64,000 bases of DNA from contig CAVPGK010000014.1 in the NCBI GenBank assembly GCA_963703955.1, forward strand, positions 32,001-96,000. The letters run 5' to 3'. Source of the DNA: Nitrospirota bacterium (GTDB taxonomy: Bacteria > Nitrospirota > Nitrospiria > Nitrospirales > Nitrospiraceae). Positions 29,673 through 38,794 of this stretch are shown here, one piece after another. The notes beneath the pieces are model-generated. The model did not search any database and was not told where the DNA came from. It worked only from the letters and a program-made list of their open reading frames with translations. Made by a program: the position numbers and the translations under genes. Each line of letters begins with the position of its first letter. Positions within the stretch are counted from its first letter, which is position 1.

Positions 29673-31364
29673 ATGCTCACCGAGCTCCGCATTTCCAACT
29701 TCGCTGTTATCGACCGTCTCGGGCTGAATTTCTCATCTGGATTTCACGTCTTAACCGGGGAAACCGGTGCCGGTAAGTCGATTCTTGTCGATGCTATCGC
29801 GCTGCTGATCGGCGGACGAGGATCGGTGGATCAGATTCGGTCCGATGCCGATGAGGCTGTGCTAGAAGCCTCATTCGCGATTCCCGCCGAAGGGCCGGTC
29901 GCCGATCGGTTTCGGACTCTTGACCTCCTGGAACCCGGTGCGACGGAACTCATCATCCGTCGAATCTTGTCGCGAACCGGTCGCCACCGGATTTACGTCA
30001 ATGGAGTGCTGACCCCCCTCCATGCTCTTGAACATCTCGCCGGGACCCTCGTCGACATTCACGGACAGCATGAACAACAATCCTTGCTCTCCTCGCAAGC
30101 GCAGATGAATGCCGTAGATGCGTTCGGCCATCTGAGCGGTCTCCGACAAGACTATGCCGAACAGTTTGCCCGTTGGCATGCCCGACGACGTGAACTGGAG
30201 GAGGCTGAGCGTCTCGCCGTAGACCAGGCCGCTCGCGAAGAGCTGCTTCACTTCCAGTATCGAGAGCTTGAAGGGGCTGACCTGCGCCCCGGTGAGGAGG
30301 AGATGCTCGCCGCAGAGCGGGACCGGCTGGCCCACGCTCGCCGTCTTGCCGAACTTCAGCATGAGGCCTACGAGTTGCTGTATGACAGCGATACATCGAT
30401 TCTGGGACGATTGGGAATCGTCGCCGATCGGCTGCGAGAATTTGAAAAAATCGACCCCCAGACCAGAGAATGGATGGAACTCTCTAACGGGGCCACCGCG
30501 CACCTTCAGGAACTGGCTCAGCAACTCCGGTCCTATCGTGAACGTTTTGATGAAGATCCGGATCGATTGGGTCATATCGAAGAGCGTCTCGATCGACTCC
30601 AACGCCTCCGCAAGAAGTATGGTGGAACCATCGATTCCCTATTATCCCGAGCACGGGATCTCAAACGACAGATTGATGACTTGGCTGAGGTGGAGACAAG
30701 GACGGCTGACCTGCGTCTCGCCGTCGAGCAGAATTGGCGTCGGGTGCAAGAACTCGCCCAACGACTGTCGGACCGTCGTCGGATAGTGGCCCGCGAAATG
30801 GAAGCGCAGGTCGAAGCGGAACTGGCTGCGCTGCGCATGGATCATACCCAATTCCGAATCACGGTTCGAACGGGTACTGAAGAGGTCGAGCTTGGTCCGA
30901 CCGGACGGGATCATATTGAGTACCTTCTTTCGGCCAACCAAGGGGAGCCTCTCCAGCCTCTGGCTCGTGTGGCGTCGGGCGGGGAACTCTCTCGGGTGAT
31001 GCTTGCCATCAAGACGGTCCTTGCCGAAACCGATAGGGTACCGGTGCTCATTTTCGATGAGGTGGACGCCGGGATCGGCGGTGCCGTGGCGGCAGTCATG
31101 GGGCGGAGACTTCGGGCCCTATCCGGCTATCACCAGGTGTTTTGCCTGACACACCTCCCGCAAATTGCTTCTCAGGCCGGGGCGCATTTTCGCGTACACA
31201 AAACGTTAGTCAAAAAGCGAACGGTCACCCGCGTCATTCACCTTGATTCCGATGGTAGAAGGGATGAAATCGCTCGCATGCTAGGCGGCCTGGCTATTAC
31301 CAAAGCGGTACGGGACACTGCAGCAGAGATGATCGAAGAGGCAGAACGGCACTGTTCACGATAA
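29673..31364 (+). CDS. recN: DNA repair protein RecN
   Basis: 'TGETGAGKSI', 'DIHGQHE', 'ASGGELSRVML', 'IFDEVDAGIGG', 'THLPQIA'. Confidence 0.97.
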   Translation: MLTELRISNFAVIDRLGLNFSSGFHVLTGETGAGKSILVDAIALLIGGRGSVDQIRSDADEAVLEASFAIPAEGPVADRFRTLDLLEPGATELIIRRILSRTGRHRIYVNGVLTPLHALEHLAGTLVDIHGQHEQQSLLSSQAQMNAVDAFGHLSGLRQDYAEQFARWHARRRELEEAERLAVDQAAREELLHFQYRELEGADLRPGEEEMLAAERDRLAHARRLAELQHEAYELLYDSDTSILGRLGIVADRLREFEKIDPQTREWMELSNGATAHLQELAQQLRSYRERFDEDPDRLGHIEERLDRLQRLRKKYGGTIDSLLSRARDLKRQIDDLAEVETRTADLRLAVEQNWRRVQELAQRLSDRRRIVAREMEAQVEAELAALRMDHTQFRITVRTGTEEVELGPTGRDHIEYLLSANQGEPLQPLARVASGGELSRVMLAIKTVLAETDRVPVLIFDEVDAGIGGAVAAVMGRRLRALSGYHQVFCLTHLPQIASQAGAHFRVHKTLVKKRTVTRVIHLDSDGRRDEIARMLGGLAITKAVRDTAAEMIEEAERHCSR

Positions 31365-31528
31365 AGTATCTGGAGCTCAATGCAGGAGTCTCGTGTTCCG
31401 TACCATCTACGGTCGTGGCCACCGATCGGTCGCGGTAAGAGGCCCTGTGCGCGTCAGCCTGGCCCATGCGTGACCGTGCCCAGGTGGATTCTCGTGCATT
31501 CCTTGGTCTCAGGGGCCTGATTGAAGGA

Positions 31529-32245
31529 ATGGGGATGATCCGGGTAGAGAGCAGACAGGGACTCGCGATATTCGGTGTGGTATGCGTTGTTCTTTTCATA
31601 GTGGGTCCGTCGGTGCTGGCGCAAACACCGAGCTCGTCCGACTCGAAACCTTCGAACCCCACGAAAGGGACGGAGATCGACGGAGAAAAACACTCTCCCG
31701 AAAAGTTGGAGAAGGACTCCCTCATCGTTACGTCTGAATACTACATTGGTCCAGAGGATGTGCTGGAGATCATCGTATGGAGGAACGCGGACCTTTCCAA
31801 AGTCGTAACGGTCCGACCTGACGGGCGTATCTCCTTGCCGCTGCTCGGTGACATTGAGGCCACGGGGCTCACTCCTGCAGAATTGACGGCCAGTATCGTC
31901 GGCCGCCTGAAGCAGTTCAAAGAAACGCCAACCGTGTCTGTTCTCCTCCAACAGGTCAATAGCTACGGAATTTATGTCTTGGGCGAAGTCACCAAACCTA
32001 ACCGCTATTTTCTGAAGAGCAAAACTACGCTCATCCAAGCGATCACCATCGCGGGAGGATTCACCCCCATCGCCGCGCGAAACAAGATCGTGATCTTCCG
32101 ATGGGGAGAAGGTAAAAACAACGAGATCAAGTTGAAAGCGAGCTACGACGACATCGTGTTAAAGGACGGAACCCAACAGAATATTATTTTGAAGCCGGGA
32201 GATACGATCGTCGTGCCGGCTGAAACCATGGTGCTCACGCAATAA
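31529..32245 (+). CDS. Polysaccharide biosynthesis/export protein (Wza/EpsE-like, Poly_export + SLBB)
   Basis: 'YYIGPEDVLEIIVW', 'VRPDGRISLPLLGDI', 'YVLGEV', 'AGGFT', 'LKPGDTIVVP'. Confidence 0.9.
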   Translation: MGMIRVESRQGLAIFGVVCVVLFIVGPSVLAQTPSSSDSKPSNPTKGTEIDGEKHSPEKLEKDSLIVTSEYYIGPEDVLEIIVWRNADLSKVVTVRPDGRISLPLLGDIEATGLTPAELTASIVGRLKQFKETPTVSVLLQQVNSYGIYVLGEVTKPNRYFLKSKTTLIQAITIAGGFTPIAARNKIVIFRWGEGKNNEIKLKASYDDIVLKDGTQQNIILKPGDTIVVPAETMVLTQ

Positions 32246-32574
32246 GACCGGCGCTGGAACCAGCTCAGGCGAGTGACGATCCGCATGAATACAGCCAAGG
32301 GATTCTAACAGGGTGACTTCCGTGACGCTGACCTCTTCTCCACGTGTAGGATTGTGCGACCTGCACGGGTAGAATGAATCGAAACAGCCTTACGGGGTGG
32401 GATGATCGGCTCAGTGCACCCTTCACAATTTACACAAGCATGTTGACATCGCCGGATGTTGTGGGCCTATTGCTTCTATAGGCAGATACCCCTATGATGG
32501 CTATGCCCGCGGAACACCAGTATTGACGGGTTCCCGTTTGCAGGTGCATTCTGGGTGGCACGGAAACGATCGCC

Positions 32575-34857
32575 ATGCCCAAAGCACACCCTTACCGCCT
32601 TCAGGTCCTCACATGCGTCTGGGTTTTGGCCGTCGTCGCCGGAGTGCTGTTGGCGGTCGCGGTCATCGGAATCGTTGTCTGGCGTTCCGCCAGCGAACGT
32701 GTTCTGGAGCGGACCGGAGAGAGTCTCGCTCTCTCCGCCACCCATCTTGCAGACTCGTTGAACCGACTTCTATTCGAACAGGCACAGCATGCGCAAATGA
32801 TCGCCGAGGCTCCCGTTCTCCAGGGGCAAGATCGTGAAGAAATAGCTCGATACCTGCGCGCGTTGCAACGCACCAACCCGTCGTACGCATGGGCGGGAGT
32901 CACCGATGTCGACGGTCGGGTAGTCGCCGCGAGCGATGGGTCCGGTACGAGCTTTGAGGAGACTGGATCCGCTTGGTTCCAATCAGTCCGTCAAGCGGCC
33001 GGTATTGACATCAGAGAATTGGCTCAGACCCAAGGCGTGACTTCTCTTCTCATTGCCGTTCCGTTGCATGATCATGCGGGGCAATTTTGTGGAGCGGTCG
33101 TGTTGCAGATAGGGCTGACCAGCTTTACCTTCGTGTTGGATGAAGCTGTCCGTTCCAGCCGCCTCGTGCGCCAGGGGGGTACGGCTCAGGAATATCGATT
33201 CCTGGGTAGTGACGGAACGGTGCTCTTCGATTCAAGCATCCGTGACCTCGGGAGAATCAACTTGAGACACATGGGCCTGCCGTCGGCTATATTGATCCCC
33301 TCGGGACGCGCGGGCTATGTTGAAGAGACGGATGTTGGGCGGCGAGTTCCTGTTGTCACCGGTTTTGCCCAAGCCAATGGTTATGCCAAATTTCCTGGGT
33401 TGCGGTGGGGAATTACCGTCAGCATGGACCGGACCGATGTGGTGGCTCTCGTTCACCGTGATTTGAGAAGAGTCGCATTGTGGGGTGGACTCGGATGTCT
33501 TATCGTGGCTGCGTTCCTAGTTTGGACGTTGGAACGTCTGCGACGAGCCTGGATCACGGCCAAAGAAAGGGAAGGGTGGTTCTCTTCTCTTTTGAAGAGC
33601 ATGGCCGGCGGAGTGATTGCCACGGACAGTCGGGGTCGCGTTGTCTTTTTGAACCGCGCCGCGCAATCGATGACCGGATGGGGTTCAAGAGAGGCCTGTG
33701 GAAAAAGGTTGGCAGAAGTTTTGACAATCGTTCAGAAAGCGACAAGTTGTTGCGAAGTCACGCCGGTCGCCGCGGCGAGCCGGAAGGATGGCTTGTGTTT
33801 TTCCTCAGGGTCAGAACATTTGGTTGCGCGCGATGGATCGACCCTATCAGTTATCTCCCGAGCGGCGCCGATCGACGCGCCAGCGGGGGGGTCGGTTGTC
33901 GTCTGTCTGCACGAACGACCGCGTGAATCCGCGGAGTCGGATACTCGTGACACTCGAGCGGAGGGTGCGATCCAGCAGAAAGAAATGGGCAGCGATTGGG
34001 CCGGTTCAGATGGTCAAGCACTCTGGGAAAGCGTTCGACATTGGGTTCGTCTTATGGAGGTCTATCGAGTCAGTCTGTATGAAACCCGCCGGGGAGAGGA
34101 CAGGACTCTCTGGGCCAATGGGCGGTACGAATGGATCGGTCCGGGGGCTATCGGCAAAGCAGAGTGGTCGCGGTGGTTCAGTTGGTCCCTACGGGAGAAA
34201 GGATTCTCACGGTGGGAAGAGATGTTGAGCGCCGGACAGCTCATTTACGGAAGGGTGGAGGAGTTTCCCGAATCCGAACGGAGAGCATTGTCCTCCTACG
34301 GCGTTCACACTGTGGTGGTCGTCCCAGTCTTCGTCCGTCACTCCTGGTGGGGATTCATTGAGTTCGATCATGGCCTCGGCAAGCGCGAATGGACGACCCA
34401 GGAAGTCGTTGAGTTGGAGGCGTTTGCATGGCGTCTTAGCACCATGTTCCAGAATATCCACGGGGATGAACATCTGCAGCGCCTGCTCTTCGATTTGGAC
34501 GCAGCGCTGGAATTCACCAAGGATGGACTCTTGGTCGTGAATGACCAAGGTCATGTGACGGGTCTCAATCAACGCTTGCTCTCGATGTGGGATATCCCGG
34601 GCTCGGTGGGCGAATTCCGAACCAGCGATCAAATTCTAGGCTTGATGAAGGAACGGTTGGCGACCCCCGACACCCTTCTAAGAACTATCAGTGAATTGGA
34701 TTGCCAACCAGATGCGGAAAGCTACGATATCTTGGAATTGAAGGACGGTCGGACGATCGAGCGGTTCTCGAGACCGAAGCAGGAAGGCGATCAGTTTGTT
34801 GGCCGTGTGTGGAGTTTTCACGAAGTCACGGGCAGTCTGGCTCCAGCTCCATTGTAG
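32575..34857 (+). CDS. Membrane sensor: TM-Cache-TM-PAS-GAF-PAS with no output domain
   Basis: Two TMs flanking Cache-like region; PAS 'GVIATDSRGRVVFLNRAAQSMTGW'; GAF 'VVVPVFV..WWGFIEFD'; PAS ending 'GRVWSFHEVT'; no HisKA/HATPase/GGDEF. Confidence 0.8.
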   Translation: MPKAHPYRLQVLTCVWVLAVVAGVLLAVAVIGIVVWRSASERVLERTGESLALSATHLADSLNRLLFEQAQHAQMIAEAPVLQGQDREEIARYLRALQRTNPSYAWAGVTDVDGRVVAASDGSGTSFEETGSAWFQSVRQAAGIDIRELAQTQGVTSLLIAVPLHDHAGQFCGAVVLQIGLTSFTFVLDEAVRSSRLVRQGGTAQEYRFLGSDGTVLFDSSIRDLGRINLRHMGLPSAILIPSGRAGYVEETDVGRRVPVVTGFAQANGYAKFPGLRWGITVSMDRTDVVALVHRDLRRVALWGGLGCLIVAAFLVWTLERLRRAWITAKEREGWFSSLLKSMAGGVIATDSRGRVVFLNRAAQSMTGWGSREACGKRLAEVLTIVQKATSCCEVTPVAAASRKDGLCFSSGSEHLVARDGSTLSVISRAAPIDAPAGGSVVVCLHERPRESAESDTRDTRAEGAIQQKEMGSDWAGSDGQALWESVRHWVRLMEVYRVSLYETRRGEDRTLWANGRYEWIGPGAIGKAEWSRWFSWSLREKGFSRWEEMLSAGQLIYGRVEEFPESERRALSSYGVHTVVVVPVFVRHSWWGFIEFDHGLGKREWTTQEVVELEAFAWRLSTMFQNIHGDEHLQRLLFDLDAALEFTKDGLLVVNDQGHVTGLNQRLLSMWDIPGSVGEFRTSDQILGLMKERLATPDTLLRTISELDCQPDAESYDILELKDGRTIERFSRPKQEGDQFVGRVWSFHEVTGSLAPAPL

Positions 34858-35062
34858 GGGCAGTCCTGTTGTGACCACGGAAAGACTCGGTGCCTGCAGG
34901 TATTGACGAGAAGAGTTTGTAACCGTTCAGGGGAGCGATCGAAGGTATCAGGCAACCCGGCAATCCATGATAGATGGGCGGGCATGGCTTTCTTCTGGTT
35001 GAGTGTGGGAGGTGGACAGGGAGAGCAACCACAGTCACGGTCCTGCTACACGGAGAACGATC

Positions 35063-35695
35063 ATGATTAAAGTTCTGATTGCCGATGACCATGCCGTTGT
35101 CCTGGAGGGACTGAAGCAAATTCTTTCGGAAACGCCTGATATCGTTGTCTCGGCCCAGGCACGTGATGGACAAGAAGTGCTGGAGAAGATTCGGTCGAAC
35201 AATGTCGATGTCGTCGTGCTCGATATTGCGATGCCGGGACGAAGCGGATTGGATACTCTCATGCATATCAAACGGGAACGGCCCAACCTGCCCGTTCTTG
35301 TGCTCAGCATCCATCCCGAGGATCAGTACGCGGTTCGTGTGCTGAAGGCAGGTGCCTATGGATATCTAACCAAGGACAGCGCGCCGGACCAATTGATCAG
35401 CGCCATTCGAAAGGTGGTGATGGGTCGGAAGTATGTCAGCCCCTCTCTGGCTGAAAAATTAGCTTTCGATCTAGAGTCAGACACAGGGAAGCCTCCACAT
35501 GAAATTCTCTCTGATCGCGAATATGAAGTGCTCTGTATGATTGCGGTGGGAAAAACCGTCAAGGAGATCGCGGATAAGCTTTCCCTAAGCGTCAAAACAA
35601 TCAGCACATATCGCGCCCGCATTCTTGAAAAAATGAAAATGAAGAATAATGCGGAGCTCACCCACTACGTCATTCGGGAAGGCTTGCTTGACTAA
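35063..35695 (+). CDS. NarL/FixJ (UvrY-like) response regulator, REC + LuxR HTH
   Basis: 'LIADDH', 'VLDIAMP', 'GYLTK', 'LSDREYEVL', 'LSVKTISTYRARILEK'. Confidence 0.95.
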   Translation: MIKVLIADDHAVVLEGLKQILSETPDIVVSAQARDGQEVLEKIRSNNVDVVVLDIAMPGRSGLDTLMHIKRERPNLPVLVLSIHPEDQYAVRVLKAGAYGYLTKDSAPDQLISAIRKVVMGRKYVSPSLAEKLAFDLESDTGKPPHEILSDREYEVLCMIAVGKTVKEIADKLSLSVKTISTYRARILEKMKMKNNAELTHYVIREGLLD

Positions 35696-36161
35696 CGAAT
35701 AAGAAATCGTCTGCATATTGAGTCGCCTATCGGTCGCGGGAGCCTCTTACCCTCCCCGAACGACTGTCTAGCAGGTTGTCGAAGGATCCGAGCGGTGACT
35801 ATGGAAAAGTGTTGTGAGCAATATCATGGGCGACACCGTGCATCCTTCAGGATGTTCAAATGGCAGCCCAACAAGGCGGCAGCGAGGAGCATGGCGCGAA
35901 ACGAATAGGAGCCGCATGTGTGTGCGCCAGCAGTGTCTTCAAGCCGAGGCGTGGTCGTCTTCACGCACCCCTCGAGCCTGCCAAGATCGCCTCATTTCTC
36001 ATATGCGGCACATTGAGGCACGAAAATAAACCATACGCTTATCCAGCGGCGCTGGACATAGGAGAGACGAGACCGGAGGACTTTTACCATCCTACTTGCT
36101 GGAAAATAGTCACGCGATACTCAGCAGAGGTCTGAGCCTTAAGTGGACTTGTGAGAGCGTC

Positions 36162-37295
36162 TTAGTCCTCAGAAATGAGCGCGGGCCTGGATGAAGCCGC
36201 GAGAGTTGGAAGGGAAGCGGTGGATTCACGTGCGATACGGACGAAGGTGTCGGCAAGTTTAGGATCGAATTCAGTACCGGCCAGTCGCCTTATTTGTTCG
36301 ATGGCATCATGCACGCTCAGCGCTGAGGCCTGTGCAGGTTGTTCGGCGGTCAGATGGTCGAACACTTGGGCAATGGAGACGATTCGGGCGAGCAGCGGAA
36401 TCCCGTCCCCCTGGAGCCCATAGGGATAGCCCATACCATCATACCGCTCGTGGTGGTAGAGGATGATCTGCCCCACCTCCGCCGGAACCCTAAGGGGGAG
36501 ACTCAATCGAGATCCCATCTCCGGATGACGCTTGAAGAGTTCGGACTCTCGTTCGTCCAAAACCCGCCTCTTGTCCAGGAGGCGGTCATCAAGCCCTATC
36601 TGTCCGACGTCATGAAGGAAGGACCCGATGGCGAGGGTTTTCCGCGCTTCTTCACTTAGGCCAAGATGTTTCCCAAGGAGTCCGGCATAGAAAGTCGTGC
36701 GGCTCGAATGATTGAAAAGATCGCGATTCTTAGCTTCCAACAAGTCTAAAAGAAGCGAAGTGGCTTCCCCGCTGTCGGACGCGCGGGATTCAGGCTTATG
36801 CTTTGAACGAGTCTGTTGGCAGAGATCACGAAGCTGATTCCATGCGGCAGACGATTCATGCTCTGTTCCCCAGAGTCCTTCCGAGTGCTTGAGGAAAAGC
36901 CGGAGCCCGGCGAGACGTTTCTTCTTGCCGAGCGTCTGATCGATAACGGCCAACAATTCTGTCACGTTGAAGGGCTTGAGCAGGTACGCTGCCGCTCCGT
37001 AGCGGATGGCATCCATCGCGGATTTCAGGCTGCCGTACCCGGTGATGATAACCACCTCAACATCACCACGCACCTCTTTGATTTGCTGCAAAAGGTCCAT
37101 GCCATTGCGATCGGGCAGCTTCATGTCAAGGGTCACGAGGTCAATCGTATTTTCTTTGAGGGTACGGATCGCCGCATGACCGTTGTCAACCGCGTGGAGA
37201 TTATAGAACGGTCGCAGGATGACCTTGAGGGCATTCCGGGGCCCTAACTCGTCTTCCACGATCAGTATGGTGGGTTTGTGGTCTTCTTGAAACAT
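36162..37295 (-). CDS. REC + HD-GYP domain protein (possibly degenerate c-di-GMP phosphodiesterase)
   Basis: REC 'IVEDE','LDMKLP','LLKPF'; 'LHDVGQ', 'HHERYDGMGYP', 'ARIVSIAQVFD'. Confidence 0.88.
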   Translation of the reverse strand: MFQEDHKPTILIVEDELGPRNALKVILRPFYNLHAVDNGHAAIRTLKENTIDLVTLDMKLPDRNGMDLLQQIKEVRGDVEVVIITGYGSLKSAMDAIRYGAAAYLLKPFNVTELLAVIDQTLGKKKRLAGLRLFLKHSEGLWGTEHESSAAWNQLRDLCQQTRSKHKPESRASDSGEATSLLLDLLEAKNRDLFNHSSRTTFYAGLLGKHLGLSEEARKTLAIGSFLHDVGQIGLDDRLLDKRRVLDERESELFKRHPEMGSRLSLPLRVPAEVGQIILYHHERYDGMGYPYGLQGDGIPLLARIVSIAQVFDHLTAEQPAQASALSVHDAIEQIRRLAGTEFDPKLADTFVRIARESTASLPTLAASSRPALISED

Positions 37296-37317
37296 CGGCG
37301 CCAAGAGTCTATTCGCC

Positions 37318-37346
37318 CTTATACGTCCGAAGACACATTTTGTCAA
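37318..37346 (-). promoter_or_regulatory. Putative internal sigma-70 promoter of the HD-GYP gene
   Basis: Minus strand TTGACA-N17-TATAAG just upstream of ATG 37295. Confidence 0.55.
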
Positions 37347-37378
37347 GCAAAACCAGTGTCTTATATCTTCGGCCTGGG

Positions 37379-38794
37379 TCAGGAAGGAGCAAAGGCTTCC
37401 CTATGTTCGGCTGATCCGTTCGAATCATCTCGGCGGATCCCGAGCATATCCATGCGGTATTTGAGCATCCGGCGGCTGATGCCCAGTAGCGCTGAGGCAT
37501 GAGTCTGGACATAATCCGTTTTCTGAAGGGCATCGAGGATGATCTTTCGCTCGAATTCCATGACGGCCCTTTCCAATGAGATCCGTCCGGAAAGAGTTTC
37601 ATTACGTAAGGAGTCGGAATGGGTGTCGGTTCTGAGACCACCCGGGAGGTGTTCCGGAAGGATGGTGTGGCCGTCCGACCAGACAATGGCCTGTTCAACC
37701 ACGTTTTCCAGTTCACGGACATTGCCGGGCCAGTTGTACTTGCTGAGGATCTCCAAGGTCTCCTTCGAAAATTCCTGGTGCGGGTGGTGCTCCTCTTCCA
37801 GTCGTTTGGCCAGGAAATGTTTCGCAAGCAATGGAATATCCTCGCGCCGATCGCGGAGAGCCGGCAGATATAGCGACACTACGTTAATTCGATAATAGAG
37901 ATCCTCTCGAAACTCTTTCCGTCGAAGGAGTTCCTCCAAATTCTTGTTGGTGGCCGCCATAATCCTCACGTCAACTTTGATCGGATGCGTTCCTCCAATG
38001 CGGGTGAATTCTCGTTCTTGGATGACCCGAAGCAACTTGGCTTGTGTCGCCAGGCTGAGGTCTCCAATTTCGTCGAGAAACACACTTCCGCCATGGGCAA
38101 GCTCAAACTGACCCAGGCGGCGTGACTGAGCGTCTGTGAAGGACCCTTTCTCGTGTCCGAACAGTTCGCTTTCGATCAATGTTTCGGGTAATGCGGCGCA
38201 ATTCAATGCAATAAACGGACGATCCCGACGTAAACTGTTGTAGTGAAGCGCGCGAGCGACCAACTCTTTCCCCGTGCCGCTCTCGCCGGTGATCAGGACC
38301 GTGGTCCGCGTGTCGGCGACCTGCACGATCTTGGCGTAAATGTCGCGCATGGCTGGACTTTTGCCCACGAGACTGTCAAATCCGTATTTATGTGCGACCT
38401 GGGCTCGAAGATATCGAACTTCCCGCTCTAACGCCTGTTTCTCGATTGCGTTTTCCATCGTGAGGCGAAGTTCTTCGATCTCAAACGGCTTGGTGAGATA
38501 GTCGGCGGCCCCCATCTTCATGGCGTCGACCACGGTTTTCACCATTTTTGTCCCTGTGAGCATGATGATCGGAATCCGAGGATCTTCCGAATGCATGGTC
38601 TTAAGCACCGAGAGACCGTCTTCGCCAGGCAGCATGACGTCCAATAAAACGAGATCAGGCGAATCACGCTTGTAGAGGTTCACGCCTTCTTCCCCCTCGG
38701 AGGCGCAGATGAGCTCATAGGTCGGTTCAAGGACCATCTTCAATGACATGTGGATGCTGGATTCGTCATCGACCAATAGAACCCGCTTTTTCAT
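37379..38794 (-). CDS. Sigma-54-dependent response regulator (NtrC family: REC-AAA+-Fis HTH)
   Basis: 'GESGTGKE', 'ESELFGHEKGSFTDA', 'FLDEIG', 'FREDLYYR', 'WPGNVRELEN', 'LLGISRRML'. Confidence 0.95.
   Translation of the reverse strand: MKKRVLLVDDESSIHMSLKMVLEPTYELICASEGEEGVNLYKRDSPDLVLLDVMLPGEDGLSVLKTMHSEDPRIPIIMLTGTKMVKTVVDAMKMGAADYLTKPFEIEELRLTMENAIEKQALEREVRYLRAQVAHKYGFDSLVGKSPAMRDIYAKIVQVADTRTTVLITGESGTGKELVARALHYNSLRRDRPFIALNCAALPETLIESELFGHEKGSFTDAQSRRLGQFELAHGGSVFLDEIGDLSLATQAKLLRVIQEREFTRIGGTHPIKVDVRIMAATNKNLEELLRRKEFREDLYYRINVVSLYLPALRDRREDIPLLAKHFLAKRLEEEHHPHQEFSKETLEILSKYNWPGNVRELENVVEQAIVWSDGHTILPEHLPGGLRTDTHSDSLRNETLSGRISLERAVMEFERKIILDALQKTDYVQTHASALLGISRRMLKYRMDMLGIRRDDSNGSAEHREAFAPS

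Noticed and set aside
34858..35062. Frameshifted kinase domain continuing the Cache-PAS sensor
   Set aside because: Only ~200 bp available, and no H-box or ATPase motifs noticed
35860..36135. Small Zn-finger-like ORF ending 'FYHPTCW'
   Set aside because: First Cys pair incomplete, no convincing RBS; cannot support as a gene
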